Source of the DNA: a virus
Lineage: Duplodnaviria; Caudoviricetes
DNA length: 34,458 bases
Strand: one strand, 5' to 3'
IMG/VR virus record: IMGVR_UViG_3300031965_000101
Location: 1 to 34,458 of that record
In this document: positions 7,365-15,487 of the stretch, piece by piece
Numbering within the stretch: the first letter of the stretch is position 1
How the letters are laid out: every line of letters begins with the position of its first letter
Position numbers and translations under genes: made by a program
The notes under the pieces: generated by a model
Told to the model about the DNA's origin: nothing
The model's database searches: none
Seen by the model: the letters and a program-made list of their open reading frames with translations, nothing else

Positions 7365-7437
7365 GCTATCGTTGGCGTTAACAAAGTTGGAAGAAGCTGC
7401 TTTTTGGGCAAATGCCTCGATTGCGAGGAACGAGTAA
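7285..7437 (+). CDS. Acb2/Tad1-like helical-hairpin protein (putative cyclic-nucleotide sponge), apparently lacking its N-terminus
   Basis: RYGAIRQ...CPPSRELSLALTKLEEAAFWANASIARNE matches the remembered family signature 'SRE.SLA.TKLEEA.FWANA.IAR'. No good SD at 7285. Confidence 0.6.
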   Translation: MPRYGAIRQEMMNIARFFSENCPPSRELSLALTKLEEAAFWANASIARNE

Positions 7438-7467
7438 TTTCCCCGCCGGAATAAAACGGAGGGGATG

Positions 7468-7560
7468 GCAGGCGGCGGCGTGGATAGACACGTGGGAGCG
7501 TTCTACCGTACACCCGCGGATGTAGGAAACCGCAAGTTGGTGAAATTCCAACCCGCCTGC
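7468..7560 (+). ncRNA. tRNA-like structured RNA 2 (8-bp acceptor, 5-bp T-stem)
   Basis: GCAGGCGG/CCGCCTGC closing stem; GCGTG-GATAGA-CACGT hairpin; GTTGG-TGAAATT-CCAAC T-arm abutting the acceptor. Same architecture as RNA 1. Confidence 0.7.
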
Positions 7561-7642
7561 TTGGTTGTGTGGAATAAAAGAACGCCATACCAATTTTCCA
7601 GGAAAGTCGCCCTCGTCGAACTACCGGGAAAGGAAAACGGAA

Positions 7643-7888
7643 ATGAGTGACGAGATTTGCCGGTGTGAGAAAATTCCAGGGACTTTAATCGAAGTAAATT
7701 TTGTAAAGATCCCTCAATGTAAGAAGTGTAGGGGATTTGTTGTAGTTGGAAAAAAAGATGGGATTAGTCTTATTAAATGTCCGCAGTGTGGCGAGATGAT
7801 TCCAATACCGAGACCGGGTGAATCGGACTCCGTGTGTCCATGCGGCATGAAAGCAATAGCCGAGATCGCATGGATAGAAACAATATGA
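7643..7888 (+). CDS. Small double Zn-ribbon protein
   Basis: Likely start at ATG 7643. Motifs CRC, CKKC, CPQC, CPC. Confidence 0.6.
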   Translation: MSDEICRCEKIPGTLIEVNFVKIPQCKKCRGFVVVGKKDGISLIKCPQCGEMIPIPRPGESDSVCPCGMKAIAEIAWIETI

Positions 7889-8139
7889 CTCTCAATAAAA
7901 ACTCCATCGGCGCTATCATGGCCAGGATAAAAACTCAGGCGTCGAGAGACGGACAGTTAACCCTGACCGCTTCCTCGACACGACAAATCCTGTGGTACGT
8001 GAGACATCTTGAATATGAAGTCAAAAGATTATTGATCAGAAAGAAAGAACGCGCGCCATGTATGCATAAGGATTGTGTCTTTTTTAGAGATAGAGAAACG
8101 GAAATACATCGTTTCCACTCAACACATAAAGGGGTATAG
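7885..8139 (+). CDS. Hypothetical protein
   Basis: ATGA overlap at 7885; C-terminal CMHKDC...H..H. Confidence 0.5.
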   Translation: MTLNKNSIGAIMARIKTQASRDGQLTLTASSTRQILWYVRHLEYEVKRLLIRKKERAPCMHKDCVFFRDRETEIHRFHSTHKGV

Positions 8140-8145
8140 GCGAAA

Positions 8146-8343
8146 ATGAGTGACGATGAACAACAACTTGAAATGATCCACGTCTTTGCGGCGTTGGTTG
8201 CCATGCACGCCGGAATTCAAAAAATGCCTATAAATCATGATACTGGGACAAAGGGAGGGAAGGAAGAATACGTGCCGGCGGCGTGGAAATGGGCGGATGT
8301 GTTTTTACAGGAGTATAAAATCAGGTACAGGGGGAAGCAATGA
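8146..8343 (+). CDS. Hypothetical phage protein
   Basis: FAALVAMHA...AAWKWADVFL resembles a common small phage family. Stop overlaps the next ATG. Confidence 0.6.
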   Translation: MSDDEQQLEMIHVFAALVAMHAGIQKMPINHDTGTKGGKEEYVPAAWKWADVFLQEYKIRYRGKQ

Positions 8344-8834
8344 AAAAAATAATTCTGTTTGCATTGTTGATTGTCGGACTGAACTGTAAACAATCAATCG
8401 CCGACGTATACGTGGAATTTGGTACGGCGATTGCTCATGCGAATGACAGACACATAGAGACCGGATCAAAGAACATCGAATTCGGTTATACGAATCCCCT
8501 GCACTGGGGACGTTTCCAAGCCGGCCTCGGCGGGTGGGAAGACCGCTCCGGCTGGCCTGGCGCGGAGGGCAGCATTTACGGTCAAACTTCGTTCGGCATC
8601 GAGCCTGACCTTGGGGAATGGTACGTCAACTATCATATCGGCCCCAGCTACATATCCACACCGGACACCATGCTCGGCAGCCGGTGGCAGATATTCCAGG
8701 AGCTCGGTCTTGGCGTGGTGGACTGGCATGGCAGACGCATCGGCATCGTCATCAAACATTGGAGCAATGGCGCATGGTGGGGACGTCGCATAAACAAAGG
8801 ACGGAACTTTCTGAATCTACGGGTGCAATTCTGA
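8340..8834 (+). CDS. PagL-like lipid A 3-O-deacylase / acyloxyacyl hydrolase family outer-membrane beta-barrel
   Basis: Signal peptide (MKKIILFALLIVG...SIA), amphipathic beta-strands, H-x-S-N motif (KHWSNGA), NxGxN motif (NKGRNF) and C-terminal Phe (BAM signal). Confidence 0.75.
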   Translation: MKKIILFALLIVGLNCKQSIADVYVEFGTAIAHANDRHIETGSKNIEFGYTNPLHWGRFQAGLGGWEDRSGWPGAEGSIYGQTSFGIEPDLGEWYVNYHIGPSYISTPDTMLGSRWQIFQELGLGVVDWHGRRIGIVIKHWSNGAWWGRRINKGRNFLNLRVQF

Positions 8835-9106
8835 TGATAACAAGGATGAAGGGACTTTCCCATTTCGGCGTTGCCGTGCAATACGCGCCGTGCGAAATGG
8901 ATTATGGGAAATGGATGGGTTTTCATCGAGGAGGATATGCAAAAGCAAAGGCATTGAAATTTCGTGGAATGATGCTGAGGATTCATGCTGATACTCCCGA
9001 AAGAAACACCGACAAAATATATATAGACGATTTGATTAAAGCACGGGAAATGCTCGACAAAGAGATAAAGCGGCTGGGAGAAAAAAATGCACAAATCGAG
9101 TCATGA
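8834..9106 (+). CDS. Hypothetical protein
   Basis: Likely start at the TGATG overlap (8834), rather than 8618 as in the ORF track. Confidence 0.5.
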   Translation: MITRMKGLSHFGVAVQYAPCEMDYGKWMGFHRGGYAKAKALKFRGMMLRIHADTPERNTDKIYIDDLIKAREMLDKEIKRLGEKNAQIES

Positions 9107-9602
9107 CAGGATGGCGCTATTGCTCGAAAAATATACTGATGCGCGCAACCGACAACATATGACGATATATGATATCGGTTCTTATGATGTAAATGGATCA
9201 TATAAAGATATTGTAGAGAGAATGAAATTCAAACAATATCTTGGGATGGATACAAGGGATGGCCCGAATGTAGACGTAGGATTGCCAATACTAGAACACT
9301 GCGACAAGTCCACATGGGGAAAAACAATTCCCCCTTGTGATGTGCTGATATCGGGGCAATGCCTGGAACACGTGTTTGATATGTTCAAGTGGATGACGAA
9401 TGTAGCCAGCTTGGTAAACCACCTGGGGATTGCGATCATCATCGCACCGTGGCGGTTCGAGGAGCACCGGTTCCCGATTGACTGCTGGCGCATATTTCCG
9501 GATGGAATGCGCGGGCTCTTGGAGTATGCGGGATTCGATGTTTTGGAAGTCGGAAAAGATGATATCCAACCCGATTGTTGGGGTGTGGGAAAGAAATACT
9601 AA
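9087..9602 (+). CDS. Class I SAM-dependent methyltransferase
   Basis: IYDIGSYDVNGSYK (motif I), YLGMD, GPNVD, DVLISGQCLEHV, HRFPIDCWR. Confidence 0.85.
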   Translation: MHKSSHDRMALLLEKYTDARNRQHMTIYDIGSYDVNGSYKDIVERMKFKQYLGMDTRDGPNVDVGLPILEHCDKSTWGKTIPPCDVLISGQCLEHVFDMFKWMTNVASLVNHLGIAIIIAPWRFEEHRFPIDCWRIFPDGMRGLLEYAGFDVLEVGKDDIQPDCWGVGKKY

Positions 9603-9622
9603 AAGAAATGGGAGGCTGAAAA

Positions 9623-9967
9623 ATGAGGATTCTATTGTTGCTGTTTGCGGTTGTTTCAATGTTTGGATGTGTAAAGCACACGCCTGGCTCCTTCACACAG
9701 GAGGACATTGACAATGCGAAGAAGGAGGGCGCAATCGCCGTGGCTAAAGCTGTCGAGGACTCGCGTCTACACGCATTTCAGGTCGAAGTACTCGACCAAT
9801 ACAAGACGATTTTCGAGAGGCTGAACATGCTCGAGAAGGAGATGAAGCGTGTGTTCCGCAGGAATGAGATATGCACCTACAATGCCAATACGCGGATCAA
9901 GGAGCTTCTCAAGAATTCGAATATCCAAGACCCTGTCTCATATGAACCGAAACATCATCAAGAGTAA
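9623..9967 (+). CDS. Predicted lipoprotein with coiled coil
   Basis: MRILLLLFAVVSMFG-C lipobox-like signal; GGAGG SD. Confidence 0.65.
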   Translation: MRILLLLFAVVSMFGCVKHTPGSFTQEDIDNAKKEGAIAVAKAVEDSRLHAFQVEVLDQYKTIFERLNMLEKEMKRVFRRNEICTYNANTRIKELLKNSNIQDPVSYEPKHHQE

Positions 9968-10000
9968 ATGTTTCACATGAAACAAAAGGAGAATTAAGTA

Positions 10001-10237
10001 ATGAATCGCGGAAGAAAACCAACAGGCAGGCTAAGAACGTTCGTCTCCCAAATATCCCTGACTCAGGAGGAGCATGAGTATGTGGCAAGGAGTGCATTTG
10101 AGGCCGGAGTAACGGCGAATTTCTATATGCGCCAGAGAATCATACCGCCGCTTTGGAGAAATGAGATGGAACGCCTGAGAAAAGAACAGAAAAATATCCC
10201 AGTATATAGTCTGGATGGACGAAGACATCCGAGATGA
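10001..10237 (+). CDS. Ribbon-helix-helix (MobC/CopG-like) DNA-binding protein
   Basis: Basic N-terminus followed by QISLTQEEHEYV...A...GVTANFYMRQ. AAGGAG SD. Confidence 0.55.
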   Translation: MNRGRKPTGRLRTFVSQISLTQEEHEYVARSAFEAGVTANFYMRQRIIPPLWRNEMERLRKEQKNIPVYSLDGRRHPR

Positions 10238-10413
10238 AATTAATATACTGTATGTTCTGTCATACTGTTATATATACGCGCGATAATACAGATGAAGATG
10301 GATTGTTTGATGATTATTGTCTCTCAGGGAGCGGCCCGAGACATAGATATCCCTGCCACGATGCAAAGCGAATGAGAAAAATGAGGGCAAAAAGCAAGCT
10401 CAGGCTCCCCTAA
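10234..10413 (+). CDS. Small Cys-containing basic protein (59 aa, not in ORF track)
   Basis: MKLIYCMFCH...YCLSG...YPCH..KRMRKMR. ATGA overlap with the upstream gene. Confidence 0.45.
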   Translation: MKLIYCMFCHTVIYTRDNTDEDGLFDDYCLSGSGPRHRYPCHDAKRMRKMRAKSKLRLP

Positions 10414-10418
10414 ATATC

Positions 10419-10448
10419 TTGACATAAAAGCAGTTGTCTGCTTATACT
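10419..10448 (+). promoter_or_regulatory. Sigma70-type promoter of the packaging/morphogenesis operon
   Basis: TTGACA (10419-10424), 18-bp spacer, TATACT (10443-10448). The spacer carries the inverted repeat AAGCAG-N4-CTGCTT. Confidence 0.7.
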
Positions 10449-10455
10449 GTCTGGT

Positions 10456-11025
10456 ATGGCACTATCAGACAATGGCGCACAGCCTCAAATCAAAAAAATC
10501 GAGGCAAAAAAAGACATCAGTTCCCAACAACCAACAGCCCGCAAGATGACAGTGCTTCATGGTTTCAAGCCTGATTCAAAAGCAAAAGACAAAAAGCAGG
10601 AAATCCTCAAGCTGAAATTCCTCGACAATTATTTCGATGAGATGACGGTCACGCATACGCTGGCTGTCATTGGTGTTGACCATCCTACGTTCGAGAGATG
10701 GAAAGATACCGACAGGGCGTTTTCAAAGGCGTATTCTGTTTGTTATAACGCTGTTACGGACAGAATGAAGCGCGTTGCGATTGCCCGTGGGATACGCGGG
10801 TCGGACAATCTGCTCATGTTCGTCATGAAACAACAAGACCCGAGTTTCCGTGACAGAATGCTCACGGAGATGGATCCGAAAGTTGTCGAGAATATCGTGA
10901 ATGCGTTGGTTCTTGCCCTGAGAAAGAATATCCCCGATTCTTGCCCGCATTGTAAAAATAACCTTCACCTCACTGAAAAAGTCACTCGGATGCTTGCGAC
11001 CCTATCAAGCGGGTTCGAGCGCTGA
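10456..11025 (+). CDS. Terminase small subunit (putative)
   Basis: Directly upstream of TerL. HTH-like segment (TVTHTLAVIGVDHPTFERWKDTDRAF) and 'SDNLLMFVMK...FRD' as in TerS proteins. Confidence 0.75.
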   Translation: MALSDNGAQPQIKKIEAKKDISSQQPTARKMTVLHGFKPDSKAKDKKQEILKLKFLDNYFDEMTVTHTLAVIGVDHPTFERWKDTDRAFSKAYSVCYNAVTDRMKRVAIARGIRGSDNLLMFVMKQQDPSFRDRMLTEMDPKVVENIVNALVLALRKNIPDSCPHCKNNLHLTEKVTRMLATLSSGFER

Positions 11026-11026
11026 G

Positions 11027-12577
11027 ATGACGATCACGTGGAAACACCCATTCGTAAATAAAAACTCCGGTACAGACGTTGAGCTTCGGCAGGATGTGTT
11101 CAAGCGCGTTCTGGCCCAGTATACGTCACCAGAGATATCCCTGTGGCATTTTTTTCAGCAGGCTTGGGATGTCCTTGAACCAGCGAATCCACTCAAGAAA
11201 AACTGGCACCTTGAGCTTCTTTGCGAATATCTCACGCTCGTCTCTGATGGGAAGATGCAAAAACTTTTGATCAATATGCCGCCGCGCAATGTGAAGTCAA
11301 CGCTCACGACGATAACGTTCCCCGCGTGGGTATGGACTCGGCGTCCCGCGATGAGATTTGTTTTTTGCTCGTATTCATCGTCACTATCTACGAAACACTC
11401 GATTGATCGTCGTAGACTTATTGAGTCCCCCTGGTACAGAGAAAGATGGGGAGGAATCGTTCAGTTGTCCGAAGATCAAAACCAAAAGCACGAGTATGAG
11501 AACACCGCCAGAGGGCACATGGTATCAACGAGCATCGGGGGAACGTTGACCGGCAAAGGGGGAGACATCATCATCGAGGACGATATGTTGAATCCGAACG
11601 AATCGGACTCAGAGGCGGCGCGCCGGCATTCTCTCTCGATGCATCGGAATGTTCTTCCTACGCGCCTTGACAGCCCTATCACAGGCGCTAGAATTTTAGT
11701 TGAACAGAGGACGCATCCCGACGACGTCTCGGGCCATGTGTTGAAGAATGAGAGGGATTGGACGCATCTTTGCCTGCCGATCGAAGCCGAAGAAAAAACC
11801 AGCGTTGTTTTCCCTATCAGTGGGAGGATCATTGAGCGCGAAGCAGGGAATATCCTCAACCCGATGCACCAAGGCAAAAAAGAAGTCGATGACTTGAAGC
11901 GTTCGATGGGATCACGCGCCTTCGCCGCGCAATGCCAACAGAACCCGACAAGCGAGCTTGGCAATATCCTGAAGCGGAGCTTTTGGCGGCACTGGCACGT
12001 CAAGCCGCCTGGGTTTGATATCGTCATTCAGTCTTGGGATATGACGTTCAAAGAGACAAAGAGCGGATCATATGTGTGCGGACAACTCTGGGGCAAACGG
12101 TCGGCGAACTTCTACCTGCTCGACCAGGTGCGCGCGCGCATGGACTTCAATGACTCCGTGAAGGCGCTTGAGACGTTTACGGCAATGCATCAAGAGGCAT
12201 TCGCTAAGCTCGTTGAAGACAAGGCCAATGGCCCCGCGATTATTTCTACTCTCAAAAACAGAATACCAGGGATCATCCCCGTGTCCCCTATCGGGACAAA
12301 GGCCGCACGTGCGCAAAATATCTCCCCGATTGCTGAGGCCGGTAATATTCATTTGCCGGATATGGTCTCGAATCCATGGGTTGCAGACTTCATCGAGGAA
12401 TGTGCCGCGTTCAAGGGTGTCGGTAACGAGCGGAATGACCAGGTGGATGCTATGACTCAGGCGGTATGTTGGTTGATGCAGATGGAATATCAAGGCGAGC
12501 CGATGGATGATGGACTGGGAGAGAATATGCTTGATGAAGCTGAAATGGAAATTGTCGGAGGGTTTTCAAATGTTTGA
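11027..12577 (+). CDS. terL: Terminase large subunit
   Basis: LLINMPPRNVKST (Walker A-like), GGDIIIEDD (Walker B), and nuclease motifs QSWD, VEDKANG, NDQVDAMTQA. Confidence 0.95.
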   Translation: MTITWKHPFVNKNSGTDVELRQDVFKRVLAQYTSPEISLWHFFQQAWDVLEPANPLKKNWHLELLCEYLTLVSDGKMQKLLINMPPRNVKSTLTTITFPAWVWTRRPAMRFVFCSYSSSLSTKHSIDRRRLIESPWYRERWGGIVQLSEDQNQKHEYENTARGHMVSTSIGGTLTGKGGDIIIEDDMLNPNESDSEAARRHSLSMHRNVLPTRLDSPITGARILVEQRTHPDDVSGHVLKNERDWTHLCLPIEAEEKTSVVFPISGRIIEREAGNILNPMHQGKKEVDDLKRSMGSRAFAAQCQQNPTSELGNILKRSFWRHWHVKPPGFDIVIQSWDMTFKETKSGSYVCGQLWGKRSANFYLLDQVRARMDFNDSVKALETFTAMHQEAFAKLVEDKANGPAIISTLKNRIPGIIPVSPIGTKAARAQNISPIAEAGNIHLPDMVSNPWVADFIEECAAFKGVGNERNDQVDAMTQAVCWLMQMEYQGEPMDDGLGENMLDEAEMEIVGGFSNV

Positions 12578-14306
12578 TTTCGTTACGCGCATTCAGGAAT
12601 ATGAATTGATGTTGACCGAGTTGAATTTGAAATCATCCGAGGCGCGTATAATTTCTGAGGCGTCAAATCTCGTCACGCGCGGGCCGGACAGGGATGGATG
12701 GACGAAAGCATTCGCAGTGACTGATCGGGAGAAAGGGCACCTCGAACCAGATCAGTTGGAAATGATCCGCCAGGCGCGGAAAAAATATCGGTGGGAACCG
12801 AACGCAAAAGGCGCGATCAGGACAATGGTCAACTATATCATGGGCGAGGGTATCTCAATCACTCCGAAATCTAAAGACCCGATGGCATGGTATGTTTGGC
12901 GGGAATTCTGGACGGCTAAACGGAATTCTATGTCACTCAGGCAATTCGAGATCATCGCCAGGACGCTGAGAGATGGGGAAGTATTCATTGAGTTTTTTGA
13001 TCGTGATGTAATGGATAGCCCAACCGGCAAAACAACAATCAGATTTTTAGACCCGTTGCTTGTGAAGAATCCTTCCGACGAGAGAGGGTTTGGTCTGAAA
13101 GGATTTGTCAAAGATGTCACGCGAAGCGGGATACAACATGATAAGGATGATATCGAGTCCGTTCTTGGATACTGGGTGGAATCGAACAATGACACGAAGA
13201 CCGGACAGTTTAGATTTGTTCCTGCGGAAAAAGTCCATCACATAAAGCTCGATGCGGACTCAGATCAGAAACGCGGGGAGTCGTTTCTTCAGCCGATCTT
13301 GAATATGCTCACGCAATATGAGCAATGGTTGACGAACAGGATCATCCTGAACAAAATGAGATCGGCGATTGTCATGGTCAGGACGATGGAGGGGACGCCG
13401 ACTCAACTTGCCTCGGTTGTCAATAATCTCAAACAGTCTGCCACTGCCAGGGCGGGAGATGTGAAGCGCGAGTCGTTCCGTGGTGGAACAATACTCACCG
13501 CTACAGGTGGTGTGAAGTATGAAATGCTCTCTCCAAACATAAATGCTAGCGATGTGGCGGAAGATGGTCGAAACATAAAACTCAATATGGCTGCTGGAAC
13601 AAATTTGCCTGAATATGTTTTCGGCGATGCATCGAATGCGAATTTCGCGTCAACAATGATTGCGGAGTCGCCTTTTGTAAAGGCGGTAAAATTCTTCCAG
13701 ACATTCTTTGAGTACCATTTCTGCCAGATTTACAAGAAAGTTATCGAGAATGCCGTTGCCGTTAAATTGATCGAACCTGTTGACGAAATAGACTTCCTGA
13801 AAAAACTCAAGGGCGTATCAGACCTCACTGAGCAGGATGATGAAGGGATTGACCGGAAGGCCGAGAGGATGAAAGAGCTTTTCCCAGATGGAACGATGGA
13901 GATACCTTCTGAGATTTTCTACGGTTGTGATATGCAGTGGCCGGAGATCGTGCATCGTGTCGAGAAGGATTTGACAGGTGCATTGCAGATACAGCGTGCG
14001 TCGGGATGGGTTTCCGACGCGAGCGCATCACAACGCCTGGGGTATGATTATGCCGAGGAAGTGAGGAAACAGAAAAACATTGAAGAAGATGCGGCTCAGT
14101 CTGGGAATCCGCTCATGGGGATGAATCAACAGGATATGAAAGACGCAGACGATGATGGTCATATCGAAAAAGATGCACGAGATGCCATGAAATCATTGAC
14201 AAATGAGCAAAGACAGGCCATAATGAATGCGAAGACACCGGAAGAGGTGTTGAAAGTTTTGAAAATACCCGTTCCCGCAGGGAACGGAACGAACGGAGAA
14301 GAATGA
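12570..14306 (+). CDS. Portal protein
   Basis: Follows TerL. Motifs RDGEVFI, KRGES.L, GDASNANFAS typical of lambda/Mu-like portals. GGAGG SD before ATG 12570. Confidence 0.9.
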   Translation: MFDFVTRIQEYELMLTELNLKSSEARIISEASNLVTRGPDRDGWTKAFAVTDREKGHLEPDQLEMIRQARKKYRWEPNAKGAIRTMVNYIMGEGISITPKSKDPMAWYVWREFWTAKRNSMSLRQFEIIARTLRDGEVFIEFFDRDVMDSPTGKTTIRFLDPLLVKNPSDERGFGLKGFVKDVTRSGIQHDKDDIESVLGYWVESNNDTKTGQFRFVPAEKVHHIKLDADSDQKRGESFLQPILNMLTQYEQWLTNRIILNKMRSAIVMVRTMEGTPTQLASVVNNLKQSATARAGDVKRESFRGGTILTATGGVKYEMLSPNINASDVAEDGRNIKLNMAAGTNLPEYVFGDASNANFASTMIAESPFVKAVKFFQTFFEYHFCQIYKKVIENAVAVKLIEPVDEIDFLKKLKGVSDLTEQDDEGIDRKAERMKELFPDGTMEIPSEIFYGCDMQWPEIVHRVEKDLTGALQIQRASGWVSDASASQRLGYDYAEEVRKQKNIEEDAAQSGNPLMGMNQQDMKDADDDGHIEKDARDAMKSLTNEQRQAIMNAKTPEEVLKVLKIPVPAGNGTNGEE

Positions 14307-14350
14307 TGCCATACAAACAGAAAAGGCCAAAGGGACGCGGGAAGTAGACA

Positions 14351-15484
14351 TTGCCCGCGCTCCTGGAAGCCACCAAACTCAGGTGGACGCCAGAGCTTCA
14401 AAAAGTAAATAGCCAGTATCCTACCGCAGTAAGATCGAGAAATTGGCCGGAGATCGCAAAGCTTGCGAATTCCGGCCAAGTTGACAAGGCAATGGAACTT
14501 GCCAGCCACGGCCTTGTCAACCCAGATATCCGCAGACAGACAGCCGTCGCGCGTCGAATGAGAATTGAGCGAATGGCTTGGTTCCGACGCCTTGATTCCG
14601 CAAAGAAAGACCTTGAGAAGATTTTCTCCGATTCGTTCCAATTCATCGAGCCGGTCATACTCAAGAAATCCGAAGAAAAAAAGAATATAAAACTCATCCA
14701 TGAAAAATTAGACGAATCTGTTGTCATCCTCCGCCGAGAGATCAACAAGTGGATGCGTGCGCTTGTGCGGGATTCTGCACGTATGGGGTTGAAACATTCA
14801 GGCCAGGCGCTTCTTCCGTTCTTCAAAAAGAATAGTGAGGCTTATGATTCTGTGCTGGATGAGCTTGCGATGCTTGAAGATGTGCCTCTTATCGAGGCAC
14901 GGCTGAACCTTGGGCTTGCGGCTTCTTTTATTGCACGATCAAAACCTACAGTGAAAACATCCAGTGATAAATGGTCTGGCGTTTTGCAGAAGATCATGAA
15001 TGTTGTGACAAAGAAAACTACGACTGGATTGAAGCCGTCTGAGCGCGTATGGGATTTGACGCAGAGGATGCGTCTTGAGATGCGCCGAAAAATCGTGGCC
15101 GATGTGACGCAAGGGCGGAATCCTACAGTCATAGCGCGCGAGATGAAAAAGTTTCTTTCGCCAGGCGTGCTTGATGGGACGAATCTTGGCCCTGGTGTCT
15201 ATAAATCCCCTTTCAAAAATGCGTTTCGCATGGCCCAGACGGAAGCGAACAGGGCATATTCCCACGCGGAGGCGGAGTTTGCGAAGGACAAATCTTGGAT
15301 TCAGGGAGTTCAGGTCACGCTTTCGCCTGTTCATTCTGACAGCGATGAATGTGACGACCTTGCGAATCGCGGGGTAATGACGCCGGAAAAATTCCAAGGC
15401 CTCATACCAGCTCATCCTCAGTGCCGGTGTTATGCAACCTATGTGCTCAAAGACGATATTTTCGAGGATAAGGAGGCCGCTTAG
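14351..15484 (+). CDS. Head morphogenesis / minor head protein (SPP1 gp7, Mu gpF-like)
   Basis: RMAQTEANRAY, CDDLA and C-terminal PAHPQCRC. Located after the portal gene. Confidence 0.85.
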   Translation: MPALLEATKLRWTPELQKVNSQYPTAVRSRNWPEIAKLANSGQVDKAMELASHGLVNPDIRRQTAVARRMRIERMAWFRRLDSAKKDLEKIFSDSFQFIEPVILKKSEEKKNIKLIHEKLDESVVILRREINKWMRALVRDSARMGLKHSGQALLPFFKKNSEAYDSVLDELAMLEDVPLIEARLNLGLAASFIARSKPTVKTSSDKWSGVLQKIMNVVTKKTTTGLKPSERVWDLTQRMRLEMRRKIVADVTQGRNPTVIAREMKKFLSPGVLDGTNLGPGVYKSPFKNAFRMAQTEANRAYSHAEAEFAKDKSWIQGVQVTLSPVHSDSDECDDLANRGVMTPEKFQGLIPAHPQCRCYATYVLKDDIFEDKEAA

Positions 15485-15487
15485 GTT

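Noticed and set aside
6264-7560. Amber suppressor tRNAs / TAG recoding (both RNAs contain TCTA in their middle region)
   Set aside because: Neither forms a convincing 5-bp stem with 7-nt anticodon loop. TAG ends genes cleanly (e.g. 8139, 19034, 31664) and conserved genes are not interrupted under the standard code.
7465-7650. 61-aa + strand ORF over RNA 2
   Set aside because: No recognisable protein features; the region is better explained by the structured RNA shared with 6264-6367. Translation cannot be excluded.
10245-10292. LexA/SOS box-like TACTGT...ACAG sequence
   Set aside because: Spacing does not match CTGT-N8-ACAG and the sequence lies within a plausible small ORF.
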